Origin: Candidatus Woesearchaeota archaeon
GTDB lineage: Archaea > Nanobdellota > Nanobdellia > SCGC-AAA011-G17 > JACPIM01
Assembly: GCA_964513145.1 (NCBI GenBank)
Contig: CAZELK010000004.1
Coordinates: forward strand, 29,939-93,938
DNA length: 64,000 nucleotides
Direction: 5' to 3'
Part shown: positions 10,425-19,820 of the stretch, piece by piece
Numbering within the stretch: position 1 is the first letter of the stretch
Layout of the letters: each line of letters starts with the position of its first letter
Made by a program: the position numbers and the translations under genes
Notes under the pieces: generated by a model
Told to the model about the DNA's origin: nothing
Seen by the model: only the letters and a program-made list of their open reading frames with translations
Databases searched by the model: none

Positions 10425-11984
10425 ATGCTTGAAGACAATGTTTTAAATGATAAAGATGCTAAACTTTATGATGTTTGCATAGTGATTGATAATGAAAAAG
10501 GCAGTCTTAAACAAATAGCTGAAAGATTAAATGTAGATGTTAGAACTGTTGAAAGAAAAGTAAAAATATTAAATAGATTAGGCATTAAAGTTAGAATAAA
10601 TAGAAAAGATAAAGATAATAATACAGATTATAATTATTCTTTAGAGGATTATATAGAAGATGCATTAGTAAAATTAGACAAATATTTTGGGGTTCGCCCT
10701 TTTTCAAAACCAAGTTCTCTTCCAAAAGAAGAACAAAAAAAAGTTATAGATACTTATAAAAAATTGTTAGATAGCGAAATAGTTCATTGGCCTTATTATT
10801 TCTTTGATGATGTAGAAACAAGAGATGAAAAAATAAAAGTAATAATCCCATTTTCTATAGAAAATGTAATCAAAAGAGAATTGAAAGACGTTTGTCAAAA
10901 ACATTTGGCTAAAGCAAAATTAAATGCTGTTTGTAGTAAATATTATGGAGCCTCACCCTTTCTTTTTTTAAAAACTTCCTATACTTGGTTAAAAGAATGG
11001 GAGCTTGGTAGAGTAAAAGGAATTTGGAGTGGAAAGAAAGGTAAACAACTTATGAAAGAAGCTATCAAATGGTTAATTGAAGATGTTTTACATTACTCTT
11101 TGGATGAAGTTCCACAAAGAATTAGAGTTAAAGATTTTAGAGACAATAATTTAGGTGGTTTAATTCAACAACCACTTTTTCATTTATCTCCATATAAGGC
11201 ACTTGATTTTGCTTATCCAGATAGATTTAGAAAAGAACAATTTGCATATGCGAAAAAATGGGAGGGTAAAAGAGGATTAAATCGTGCTGCTAAAGTTACA
11301 AGATATATAATTGAAAGAAAACTTGGTATAAATCCCGAAGAAATTCCTAAAGAATTAACTCGTAATAAATTTCACCAAGCTTTAAGAGAAGATGGGATTA
11401 GTGGATTACAACATGCTTTCAATATGAAGTTATATGATATTGTTAATAATGCTTATCCAGGTAAATTTCAAAGAAGAAATTTTACAAGAGCCTTTTCTTG
11501 GAAAAATGATACAAATAAAGAAACTGCTGCAAGAGAATTAAGATATTTTGTTGAAGAAAAAAAGGGATGGAAAGTTAAAGACTTACCTAAAAAAATTAAT
11601 CAAGAAGTTTTAGTTGAAAATGGATTTTGGGGGATGTTAACTTCTAAACCTCTAGGTTTCAAAGGTTCAATATTTGCTGCAATAGATAATGCCTATCCTG
11701 GAAAATTTAAAGAATGGCAATTTAAAGGAACAAGAAAGTGGAAAGGAGAAAAAGGAAAGAAATTAGCAAGAGACGCTGTAAGATGGTTGGTAGAAGAAAG
11801 ATACGGCTGGTCAGAAGAAGAGCTGCCTAAAAAAATAAGAGTCTATCATTTTAGACAAAATGGTTTATCAGGTTTATTAGCGAGTGATGATTTGGGATTA
11901 AGAAACTCGCCTTATTTAGCTGTTAATTTTGCTTATCCTGCAAAATATTTTAAAACTGATTTTCCAACTTGTAAAGGAATTTGA
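10425..11984 (+). CDS. N-terminal HTH plus DUF4046-like repeat protein
   Basis: HTH-like LKQIAERLNVDVRTVER; repeated ...AYP.KF..W.F...W units. Confidence 0.7.
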   Translation: MLEDNVLNDKDAKLYDVCIVIDNEKGSLKQIAERLNVDVRTVERKVKILNRLGIKVRINRKDKDNNTDYNYSLEDYIEDALVKLDKYFGVRPFSKPSSLPKEEQKKVIDTYKKLLDSEIVHWPYYFFDDVETRDEKIKVIIPFSIENVIKRELKDVCQKHLAKAKLNAVCSKYYGASPFLFLKTSYTWLKEWELGRVKGIWSGKKGKQLMKEAIKWLIEDVLHYSLDEVPQRIRVKDFRDNNLGGLIQQPLFHLSPYKALDFAYPDRFRKEQFAYAKKWEGKRGLNRAAKVTRYIIERKLGINPEEIPKELTRNKFHQALREDGISGLQHAFNMKLYDIVNNAYPGKFQRRNFTRAFSWKNDTNKETAARELRYFVEEKKGWKVKDLPKKINQEVLVENGFWGMLTSKPLGFKGSIFAAIDNAYPGKFKEWQFKGTRKWKGEKGKKLARDAVRWLVEERYGWSEEELPKKIRVYHFRQNGLSGLLASDDLGLRNSPYLAVNFAYPAKYFKTDFPTCKGI

Positions 11985-11987
11985 TTT

Positions 11988-12686
11988 TTAAGCACAAAAA
12001 TTAATTTCTTTTTTTATAATTTTGCCATCTATATCTATAATCCTCTCAATCTTTCCTTTTCTTTTAGCATTTATTCTTGCTAAAGCCGAATCATTTTTAT
12101 CTTTTTCATCAACAACCAACTCATTAATAAAAAAAATGTGCTTAATTAAGGCTTTTTTAAAATTAGAATCAAAATCAAAAGCAAATTCTTTCACAAAGTT
12201 AACATCATCTGCAGCAAATGTACAAAAATCTGCTTTAATTTCATTATTTCTTCCTGGTTTTGCTGTTTTTGGGGTTTTAACTTTGATTTTTAAAGTTCCA
12301 TAATCAGTACTAAAACTTAACAAGAAAATAGCATCTGGGAATTTATTGAACAAATTAAACAAACTATCTTTTGTAATTTCGTGATCAATTAAAAATGTTT
12401 TAATACCAGCAAATTGCTTCACATTTACATCGAAATCCAATTCTTTCCTTATGTCTTTTGCAGTTATAATTCCACCAGTTATTTTTGTTTTATCTTTAAT
12501 TGTATTTCCTAAAAATCTTGCAAAATCTTCAGCAAATTCAAAACTTGTTTTAATTTTTACAGATTTTTTCCCATTATTTATTTCAACTACAGCCCTATTT
12601 TCATAAATTCCTTTACTAAATCTTTTAAAATTTTTATGAACTGATTCATCAATTTTATTTTCGAAGATTTTTTTTATAAAGTTCAT
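11988..12686 (-). CDS. conserved hypothetical protein (DPANN-type)
   Basis: 232-aa ORF, good composition. Confidence 0.7.
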   Translation of the reverse strand: MNFIKKIFENKIDESVHKNFKRFSKGIYENRAVVEINNGKKSVKIKTSFEFAEDFARFLGNTIKDKTKITGGIITAKDIRKELDFDVNVKQFAGIKTFLIDHEITKDSLFNLFNKFPDAIFLLSFSTDYGTLKIKVKTPKTAKPGRNNEIKADFCTFAADDVNFVKEFAFDFDSNFKKALIKHIFFINELVVDEKDKNDSALARINAKRKGKIERIIDIDGKIIKKEINFCA

Positions 12687-12868
12687 TTGATTTCTTTTCC
12701 TAAATCTTTTAGATCTGCCTTGCCTTTGTCTCTTTTTATAAATTCAGGATCATGAAACATGCTATAAACAAGCCTTTCTATTCTCTTTAATCTTTCATTT
12801 ATTAGATCTACCAGCTTTTTAGTTTCTATTTCTTCTTTAATTTTTTTCTTTTCTGCTTCATTAAACAT
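12683..12868 (-). CDS. small hypothetical protein
   Basis: 3' part of ORF 12683..13021; start at MFNEAE avoids overlap. Confidence 0.5.
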   Translation of the reverse strand: MFNEAEKKKIKEEIETKKLVDLINERLKRIERLVYSMFHDPEFIKRDKGKADLKDLGKEIK

Positions 12869-12950
12869 ATACACGACTTCTTTTTTCATATTTATAAATA
12901 AATCTAAAAATAAAGTTCTTAATATTGCTTTTATTAAGGCAAACAAGAAT

Positions 12951-13178
12951 TTAATTGGTACTATTATTGCTTGAATTATTTTTTGGTAACCAGTTTTTCT
13001 TTGCGACATATCCTGAAACATCCTTTATATTATAACCTAAATTGTAAACCCAACCAAAATATATTTTTGCAAAAGATTGCAAATCATCTGGTTTTTTCAG
13101 ATCCAAGTCATTGTACGATTTTATAAAATATGCTCCAATGACTAATAAGATTATAATTATAACAATTAATTTTTTCAT
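12951..13178 (-). CDS. small membrane-anchored protein
   Basis: MKK plus hydrophobic helix, 75 aa. Confidence 0.65.
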   Translation of the reverse strand: MKKLIVIIIILLVIGAYFIKSYNDLDLKKPDDLQSFAKIYFGWVYNLGYNIKDVSGYVAKKNWLPKNNSSNNSTN

Positions 13179-13227
13179 TCAAGGAAAAGATTTATTAAAG
13201 AATATAAAGGTTTTTATTAATATATAC

Positions 13228-13333
13228 GCTCCCATAGTCTAGCCCGGTCAAAACTTTTGAAAAAGTGCCAAAAGATGACTAAGGACGTGAGCCTCTCGCG
13301 CTCGAGACCCGAGTTCAAATCTCGGTGGGAGCA
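13228..13333 (+). tRNA. tRNA-Glu(CTC) with 31-nt intron in the D-loop (13252-13282); no encoded CCA
   Basis: GCTCCCA/TGGGAGC acceptor; TGAGC-CTCTCGC-GCTCG anticodon arm; GTTCAAATC T-loop; removing 13252-13282 restores GGTCAA-GGAC. Confidence 0.92.
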
Positions 13334-13429
13334 ATAATATATTTGTGATTTTACAGAGATTATTTTAAAATTAGAAAACTCCGGAATTAAGCCAAAAAGC
13401 ATATAAATATCAAAAAAAGTATAAGAAAG

Positions 13430-13654
13430 ATGGAAAGAAAATTTCATGTATTAATTGAACAAGACGAAGACGGTGGTTATGTTGGTAAAGTTCCTGAATT
13501 AAATGGCTGTCTTAGTCAAGGCGATACTCTAGATGAACTTATGAAGAATATAAAAGAAGCTATTGAACTTTGTTTAGAGGTAGAATCTGAAGAAAATGTA
13601 AAAGTTACAGAAGAACAGATAAAGTTTGTTGGTGTTCAAGAGATTACATTATAA
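13430..13654 (+). CDS. hicB: HicB antitoxin (short form)
   Basis: IEQDEDGGYVGKVPELNGCLSQGDTLDELMKNIKEAI. Confidence 0.93.
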   Translation: MERKFHVLIEQDEDGGYVGKVPELNGCLSQGDTLDELMKNIKEAIELCLEVESEENVKVTEEQIKFVGVQEITL

Positions 13655-13878
13655 TGAAACTTCCCTTGCTATCTTCTAAGGAATTATGCCACTTTTTGGA
13701 AAAAGAAGGTTTTAAATCAATAAGACAAAAAGGAAGCCATATATTTTACAGACATTCTGATGGAAGAACAACAGTTGTTCCAATGCACAATAAGAAAGAC
13801 ATTAAGAGAAGCTTACTTAGAGAAATTTTGAACGAAATAAGAATGACAAGAGAAGATTTCTTCAAAAAATATAAATAA
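13654..13878 (+). CDS. hicA: HicA mRNA interferase toxin
   Basis: RQKGSHIFYRH...TVVPMH; coupled TAATG junction. Confidence 0.93.
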   Translation: MKLPLLSSKELCHFLEKEGFKSIRQKGSHIFYRHSDGRTTVVPMHNKKDIKRSLLREILNEIRMTREDFFKKYK

Positions 13879-13907
13879 AAGTGGGCAGTTAACAAATTGT
13901 TATATGG

Positions 13908-13951
13908 TCGGTGGGAGCAGATTATCATTTGTTACAGCTTCGGCGGGAGCA
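13908..13951 (+). repeat. two copies of the tRNA-Glu 3' end, 32 bp apart
   Basis: TCGGTGGGAGCA 13908-13919 identical to 13322-13333; TCGGCGGGAGCA 13940-13951 (1 mismatch). Confidence 0.8.
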
Positions 13952-14126
13952 TACGTACTTTTTTATTTTGGTTGTTTTCATTTGTACTACTCTTCTTTAT
14001 ATTTTAAATTGGTTTTATAACTTTAGATTTTAGGAGGGAAAAATGAAATAAAAATACCTGATCTTAGGAAGACCTGATGAAGATGAAGAAGAATATGATT
14101 TTGATGATGATAAATAAATCTTCTGA

Positions 14127-15317
14127 TTAATTATAATTTAATTTTTTTAATTTTTTTAAATCTTCACAAAAATCCAGTATTTTACGATAATTGAAACCTT
14201 TTATACATTCAACCGAGCCCATTGTCGGACCGTAAACAGGCTTGTCAATTCCCCAGAGATCCAAATATGTTGTGCCTTGCCAATTAGTTTCATAATCACC
14301 GAGATCACTCATGCCAATTTTTTTTAATAATTTATTTCTCATGCTTTTTTTCGTATAAACTTCGTTTTTCAAAAAATCTTCAATTTGAATTTGATATAAT
14401 AACAATTCTTTATGTATTTCTTTTTCATTATCACTAAAATCTGCTTTTCCTTTTTTTTCCAATTCTCTTGATCTTGCTTTTACCAGATTAAGAACATCAT
14501 TTAAACTTTTTTGAACGAAATTATTAATGTTGCTAAAATCACAGCAATAACTAAGTTCTGCTGACTTAAAACCAAGGTTTTTAGTGTAATTCGGGTCTTT
14601 GCTTAAAAAATCCAAAACTCCGCTGACTAAATCAGGATTATTTTTGAACTTTTCCATAAAAACCATAAATGACATTCCCAAAACAGGACTTTCATTTTCA
14701 TCTTCTGCAGCAACTAAAGGAACGTAACCTATTGAATCATTTAATGTTTTTGAGAAGACATTTATTGATCTTACTGAACAGTCCAGTAAATAATCCAAAT
14801 GAACATCAGGGTGGCTTCTTCCATCAGTATTTGATTTCCTAATTACTGTGCAAAAATCTTTAGTTGTATGTGGGTTTCCAAGCAATAAATGTTCACGAGC
14901 ATCCATAGCATCATGAATTGGACCTATTATTATTTCATGTGCTACACCAGAATTGTCTTTAACATGAATTCTTTTATGTAATTTTGAATTTACCCAGGCC
15001 TCAACATTTATTCCAAGTTCATCCATCCTTTCAAAAATTCTTCTATTATAGTCTGAAAACTTGTCACAAGTATCTTTTTTTAAATTATAAGATTTCATTA
15101 TTTTTGTTATTAGATTTTTTTCGAAAATTCCTTTTAGAATGTAAACTATTTTTTCTTCATCTAACATAGGTAAAGCTTCACAAAATTCTTCTAAATACTT
15201 ATGAGGCCATTTTGGAACTTCTGAATCCATATCAACTTTAGAAATATCTACATTAGCAAACTCTACAAGCTGAATTAAATTTTTACGTACTTGTTTTGAG
15301 TGATCATTCATGTCCAT
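14127..15317 (-). CDS. hypothetical protein
   Basis: 396-aa ORF, no recognised motif. Confidence 0.7.
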   Translation of the reverse strand: MDMNDHSKQVRKNLIQLVEFANVDISKVDMDSEVPKWPHKYLEEFCEALPMLDEEKIVYILKGIFEKNLITKIMKSYNLKKDTCDKFSDYNRRIFERMDELGINVEAWVNSKLHKRIHVKDNSGVAHEIIIGPIHDAMDAREHLLLGNPHTTKDFCTVIRKSNTDGRSHPDVHLDYLLDCSVRSINVFSKTLNDSIGYVPLVAAEDENESPVLGMSFMVFMEKFKNNPDLVSGVLDFLSKDPNYTKNLGFKSAELSYCCDFSNINNFVQKSLNDVLNLVKARSRELEKKGKADFSDNEKEIHKELLLYQIQIEDFLKNEVYTKKSMRNKLLKKIGMSDLGDYETNWQGTTYLDLWGIDKPVYGPTMGSVECIKGFNYRKILDFCEDLKKLKKLNYN

Positions 15318-15413
15318 TAAATTTAATAAGTTCTATTTAAATTTTACTATTTATTAATTACTATATAATAATAACATAACTCTTATAAATAAAACTCTTG
15401 CTTTTTAGAATAA

Positions 15414-15515
15414 ATGAAGAGAAGCTCTAGAAGATGGAAGAAAAAAGGTCAGATGAGATGGAAATGGCAGAGAAAACGCATGAGACGAGAAAAGGCCAAG
15501 AGAAAAGCCAAATGA
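15414..15515 (+). CDS. rpl41e: ribosomal protein eL41 (L41e/eS32); below the ORF-track cutoff
   Basis: MKRSSRRWKKKGQMRWKWQRKRMRREKAKRKAK matches the archaeal L41e signature (WKKKG.MRWKW.K.R.RR). Confidence 0.9.
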   Translation: MKRSSRRWKKKGQMRWKWQRKRMRREKAKRKAK

Positions 15516-15639
15516 GCTTTTAAAAAAAGCTTAAGCAAAAACTAAAGAAGAGCTTAAGCAAAAAATTAATATAAAATTCTAAATAAAACAAAATTATATA
15601 AATCTCTTTTTAGATATTTAATTTAAAAGAGCGTGAATA

Positions 15640-16794
15640 ATGAAACATATTTCTGAAAGAGAAAGAGAATTACCTGATGCAGTTATAGGTGATTTATTAA
15701 AAATAGCAAGTGAAAACAAAAATATAATTTCCATGGGTGCTGGACAGCCGGATTTTAAAGCACCAAAACCAATTTTAGATTATGCTAAAAAAGTCATTTA
15801 CAAATCAAGTCCATATTCCAATCCTGCCGGTGTTTTAGAATTAAGAAAATTAATTGCAAATAAATTAAGAAAAGAAAATAAAATTAAAAATGCAAATGAA
15901 GACAATATTATTGTAACTGCTGGAAGCCAGGAAGCTTTATTTGTTTCCCTATTATGCAGCATTGATCCTGGAGAACAGGTTATTATTCCAAACCCAGGAT
16001 ATTTGGCTTATGTTCCTGCTGTTGAGTTATTGAATGGAAGCATTTCTTATACAAGATTATTAGAAGAAGATGGATTTGAAATTGATCCAGAAAAGATAAG
16101 GGAAGTTATTGACAAAAAAAAATCCAAGGTTTTAATTTTAAATTCGCCATCCAACCCGACTGGAAATGTTTTAAGCAGAAAAACTTTGGAAAAAATTGCT
16201 GACATAGTCAGGGAATATGATCTGTATGTTTTTAGTGATGAAACTTATGAAAAGTTAGTTTATGATAAAAAACATGTTTCTATAGCAAGCTTAAATGGAA
16301 TGGAAGACTATGCTTTGACTATACAGACTTTTTCAAAAAGTTATGCTATGTGCGGCTTTAGACTGGGGTATGCACAAGGACCAAAAGAATTAATTGATGC
16401 CATGATTAAAAGCAGCCATTATATTACTTTATGTGCTCCACATATTTCCCAGTTATTAGGTGTTAAGGCTTTACAAATCTCAAACAAGTATATAGAAAAA
16501 ATGAGGCTGGAGTATGACAAAAGAAGAAAATATATTGTAAATAGATTAAATGAGTTAGGTTTGAAAACCAGTACACCTTATGGTGCTTTTTATGCATTTT
16601 CAAATATCAAGCATTTAAGCAACAATAGTTATAATTTTTCAAAAGAATTGTTAAATAAAGCCAAGGTTGCTGTAGTTCCTGGAACTGAATTTGGAATTTA
16701 TGGAGAGGGATATATAAGATTCAGCTATGCTACAGACTTAAAACTTATTAAAGAAGGATTGGACAGAATAGAGAATTTCTTGAATAAAATATGA
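15640..16794 (+). CDS. PLP-dependent aminotransferase class I/II (AspC-like)
   Basis: NSPSNPTG, FSDETY, SKSYAMCGFRLG. Confidence 0.92.
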   Translation: MKHISERERELPDAVIGDLLKIASENKNIISMGAGQPDFKAPKPILDYAKKVIYKSSPYSNPAGVLELRKLIANKLRKENKIKNANEDNIIVTAGSQEALFVSLLCSIDPGEQVIIPNPGYLAYVPAVELLNGSISYTRLLEEDGFEIDPEKIREVIDKKKSKVLILNSPSNPTGNVLSRKTLEKIADIVREYDLYVFSDETYEKLVYDKKHVSIASLNGMEDYALTIQTFSKSYAMCGFRLGYAQGPKELIDAMIKSSHYITLCAPHISQLLGVKALQISNKYIEKMRLEYDKRRKYIVNRLNELGLKTSTPYGAFYAFSNIKHLSNNSYNFSKELLNKAKVAVVPGTEFGIYGEGYIRFSYATDLKLIKEGLDRIENFLNKI

Positions 16795-17723
16795 AAATTG
16801 TAATTGCTTTGGGTGGAAATGCCATTATAAAAAAAGGTGAAAAGGAAACTTATGAAAATTTATTGAAAAATATTAAAGATAGCTGTAAAAGTGTTGTAAA
16901 AATAATTAAAAAAAATCAGATTGTAATAACGCATGGAAACGGTCCTGAGGTAGGGAACTTATTATTGCAAAATGAAATTGCTTCAAAACATGTTCCCCAA
17001 ATGCCTTTAGATATTTTAAATGCTGAAACAGAGGGTTTTATTGGGTATTTAATACAAGAACAATTAAGAAATGAATTAATTAAAAATAAAATTAAAAGAA
17101 ATATTGCTACTTTAGTTACGCAGACTTTAGTTTCTAAAAAAGATCCTGCTTTTAAAAACCCTACAAAATTTGTCGGTCAATTTTATAATTTAAAACAAGC
17201 TAATTTGTTGAAAAATAAATTCATTATTAAAAAAGATTCTAACAGGGGATTTAGAAGGGTTGTACCAAGCCCAAAGCCAATAAAAATAATTGAATCTAAT
17301 ATTATAAATAAACTTGTTGAAAAACATTATATTGTTGTTGCTAGTGGTGGGGGCGGCATCCCTGTTGTTTTGGAGAAAAATAAATTAACTGGTGTTGAAG
17401 CAGTTGTTGATAAAGATTTAAGCTCTGCTTGTTTAGGCAAAAAAATTAAGGCTGATTTATTGCTGATATTAACTGATGTTGACAAAGTTTACTTGAATTA
17501 TGGAACCAAAAAACAAAAAGGTTTAACAAAATTAAATATTAAAGAAGCTAAAAAATATTTAGATAATGGTCAATTTCCCCCAGGATCTATGGGACCAAAA
17601 ATTGAAGCATCTATAAAATTTTTAGAGAATAGTTTAATTAAAAAACGACGAGTAATAATTTGTAATATTGAAAATGCAGAAAAAGCTTTAATTGGAAAAG
17701 TGGGAACAACAATCATAAATTAA
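16791..17723 (+). CDS. arcC: carbamate kinase
   Basis: IVIALGGNA, THGNGPEVG, RRVVPSP, GGGGIPV, VVDKD, GSMGPK. Confidence 0.96.
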   Translation: MKIVIALGGNAIIKKGEKETYENLLKNIKDSCKSVVKIIKKNQIVITHGNGPEVGNLLLQNEIASKHVPQMPLDILNAETEGFIGYLIQEQLRNELIKNKIKRNIATLVTQTLVSKKDPAFKNPTKFVGQFYNLKQANLLKNKFIIKKDSNRGFRRVVPSPKPIKIIESNIINKLVEKHYIVVASGGGGIPVVLEKNKLTGVEAVVDKDLSSACLGKKIKADLLLILTDVDKVYLNYGTKKQKGLTKLNIKEAKKYLDNGQFPPGSMGPKIEASIKFLENSLIKKRRVIICNIENAEKALIGKVGTTIIN

Positions 17724-18422
17724 TCATTTTCCAAATCTTCGATCTATTCTCTCAAATTCTTTAAGTACATATTCTAAGTCGGATTTTTCAAATTCTGGCC
17801 AATATTTACCCAAGAAAAATATTTCTGCATAACTAGCTTGCCATAACAAGAAATTAGATACTCTTCTTTCTTTACCTGTTCTAATTACTATATCAACATC
17901 GCTATTTAAATATAAATTATTTTTAATTTCTTCTTCTGTTATTTTATCCAATGACAATTTTCCAGTAAGAACTTTTTGCGCCATTGCTTTGAATGCGTCT
18001 GTTATTTCTTCTATCCCACCATAAGCTAGGGCGATGTTTATTGTTAATTTAGAATGAGACTTTGTTAATGACATTAATTCATGCATTCTGTCTTGCAAAG
18101 ATACAGGCAGCTTGTTTAAACGCCCAATGTAGTTTATTTTTGTATTTTTTTCTCTTAGCTCTTCGTAATTATTTATCAATTTAATGGCTTCAGTTTCAAT
18201 TAAAGCAAATAAATAAGATTTTTCTTCTTCTGATCTTTTTGAAAAATTTTGTTCTGAGAAGCCATATAAAGTCAATTCGGGGATTTCAAAATCTCTAAAC
18301 CAGGTTATTAATTGAGATACTTTTTCAGCACCTTTTGCATGCCCTTCTTCTTTTTTAAAACCGTTTTCTTTAGCAAATCTTCTATTGCCGTCAGGTATTA
18401 TTGCAATATGCCTTGGTTTCAT
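17724..18422 (-). CDS. uppS: cis-prenyltransferase (UppS-like)
   Basis: HIAIIPDGNRR, FSEQN, IRT..E.RVSNFLLWQ.SYAE. Confidence 0.95.
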   Translation of the reverse strand: MKPRHIAIIPDGNRRFAKENGFKKEEGHAKGAEKVSQLITWFRDFEIPELTLYGFSEQNFSKRSEEEKSYLFALIETEAIKLINNYEELREKNTKINYIGRLNKLPVSLQDRMHELMSLTKSHSKLTINIALAYGGIEEITDAFKAMAQKVLTGKLSLDKITEEEIKNNLYLNSDVDIVIRTGKERRVSNFLLWQASYAEIFFLGKYWPEFEKSDLEYVLKEFERIDRRFGK

Positions 18423-18510
18423 GCAATTTTTTGCTATAAACCTGTATTTAAGACTAACTATTGCAAAATTTTAAATACAACTTAAGCAACTTTATTTTAA
18501 GAGGTGCAAT

Positions 18511-19818
18511 TTGTTGAAAAAAAGAGTTATTATAATTGGTGCAATGGGTAGGGATCTGCATAACTATATTATGTATTTCAAAGATAATCCAATCTATGAA
18601 GTTGTTGCTTTTACTAATACTCAAATCCCAACTCTAAAACATAATAAAATTCCAAAAATAATTACAGAAGATAAAGAAATACCCATACATCCTGAAGAAG
18701 AATTATCTTGGTTAATTAAACATTATAATATAAATGAATGTGTTCTTTCGTATTCTGATTTAAGTGCTAAAGAATTATCTGATAAAGCTTCAATAGTATT
18801 AGCTGCTGGAGCTGATTTTAAACTTCTTGGACCTAATAGTACAATGATAAAATCTCAGAAACCCTTAATATGCATTAATGCTACTAGAACTGGGGCTGGT
18901 AAAGGAACCATCGCTCGTTATTTTTTAAATATATTAAAAAAACTAAATAAAAACCCAACTGTAATTCGTCATCCTATGACCTACAATAGGAAATTAGAAA
19001 AACAGATTGTTCAGAGATTTAGCAATTATAATGATTTAGATAAGTTTGAGACAACTTTGGAAGAAAGAGAAGAATATCAACCATATATAGATAATGGGTA
19101 TATTGTTTATGCTGGAGTTAATTATAAATTTATTTTAAAAAAAGCGGAAAAAGAATCTGATTTTATAGTCTATGAGGGGGGAAATAATGACATATCTTTT
19201 TTTAAACCTGACTTATATGTAACTGTAGTTGACCCTTTAAGAATTGATGGTTTATTTTCTTATCCTGGAGAAACAAATGTGAGATTAGCAGATATTTTAA
19301 TTATTAACAAAGTTAATTTAGTAAAAAATAAGGATATCTATTTATTAATTAGTGAAATTAAAAAAATAAATAATAAAGCCCAAATTATAAAGGGAAATTC
19401 TATAATTTCTGTGGATAAACCTAATTTAATCAGGAATAAAAATGTCTTAGTTATTGAAGATTCACCAACAGTTACACATGGCTATTTAGGATATGCAGCA
19501 GGCTATATTGCAGCTAAAAAATTTAAAGCCAGGAAAATAATCGATCCAAGACCCTATGCTGTTGGTTCATTTAAGGAAATTTTTAAGAAATATAAACATA
19601 TAAAAAATGTATTACCGAGTACTGGATATGATAAAAATGAATTAGATGATTTAGAAAAAACAATTAATAATTCTAAATGTGATTCTGTTATTTTTGGGAC
19701 TCCTTGTGATTTAACTAAAGTCATTAAAATAAATAAACCAATTGTAAAAGTTAATTATTTTTTTGAAGAAATTGGAAAACCTAAATTATTAAAAATTATA
19801 AAAAATAAATTTAAATAA
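18511..19818 (+). CDS. COG2403 P-loop protein (cDPG-synthetase-like); candidate arginine synthetase ArcE
   Basis: GRDLHNY, TQIP, RTGAGK, EEREEYQP, EGGNND, IED.PTVTHG, DPRPYAVG; TTG start after GAGGTG. Confidence 0.8.
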   Translation: MLKKRVIIIGAMGRDLHNYIMYFKDNPIYEVVAFTNTQIPTLKHNKIPKIITEDKEIPIHPEEELSWLIKHYNINECVLSYSDLSAKELSDKASIVLAAGADFKLLGPNSTMIKSQKPLICINATRTGAGKGTIARYFLNILKKLNKNPTVIRHPMTYNRKLEKQIVQRFSNYNDLDKFETTLEEREEYQPYIDNGYIVYAGVNYKFILKKAEKESDFIVYEGGNNDISFFKPDLYVTVVDPLRIDGLFSYPGETNVRLADILIINKVNLVKNKDIYLLISEIKKINNKAQIIKGNSIISVDKPNLIRNKNVLVIEDSPTVTHGYLGYAAGYIAAKKFKARKIIDPRPYAVGSFKEIFKKYKHIKNVLPSTGYDKNELDDLEKTINNSKCDSVIFGTPCDLTKVIKINKPIVKVNYFFEEIGKPKLLKIIKNKFK

Positions 19819-19820
19819 TT

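Noticed and set aside
13217-13447. 76-aa minus-strand ORF
   Set aside because: Antisense to tRNA-Glu
13908-13951. Mini CRISPR array
   Set aside because: Only two 12-bp copies that match the tRNA 3' end; no spacer-length units and no cas genes
14043-14117. GGAGG-preceded ATG AAA TAA followed by an acidic stretch
   Set aside because: Too short and interrupted to assign; at most a gene remnant
15414-15515. Arg-rich leader peptide attenuating the arginine operon
   Set aside because: The sequence matches eL41 closely, and ribosome-coupled attenuation is not established for such archaeal genes
18511-19818. Cyclic 2,3-diphosphoglycerate synthesis
   Set aside because: No 2-phosphoglycerate kinase nearby; the arcB/arcC context favours an arginine role, though this is not proven
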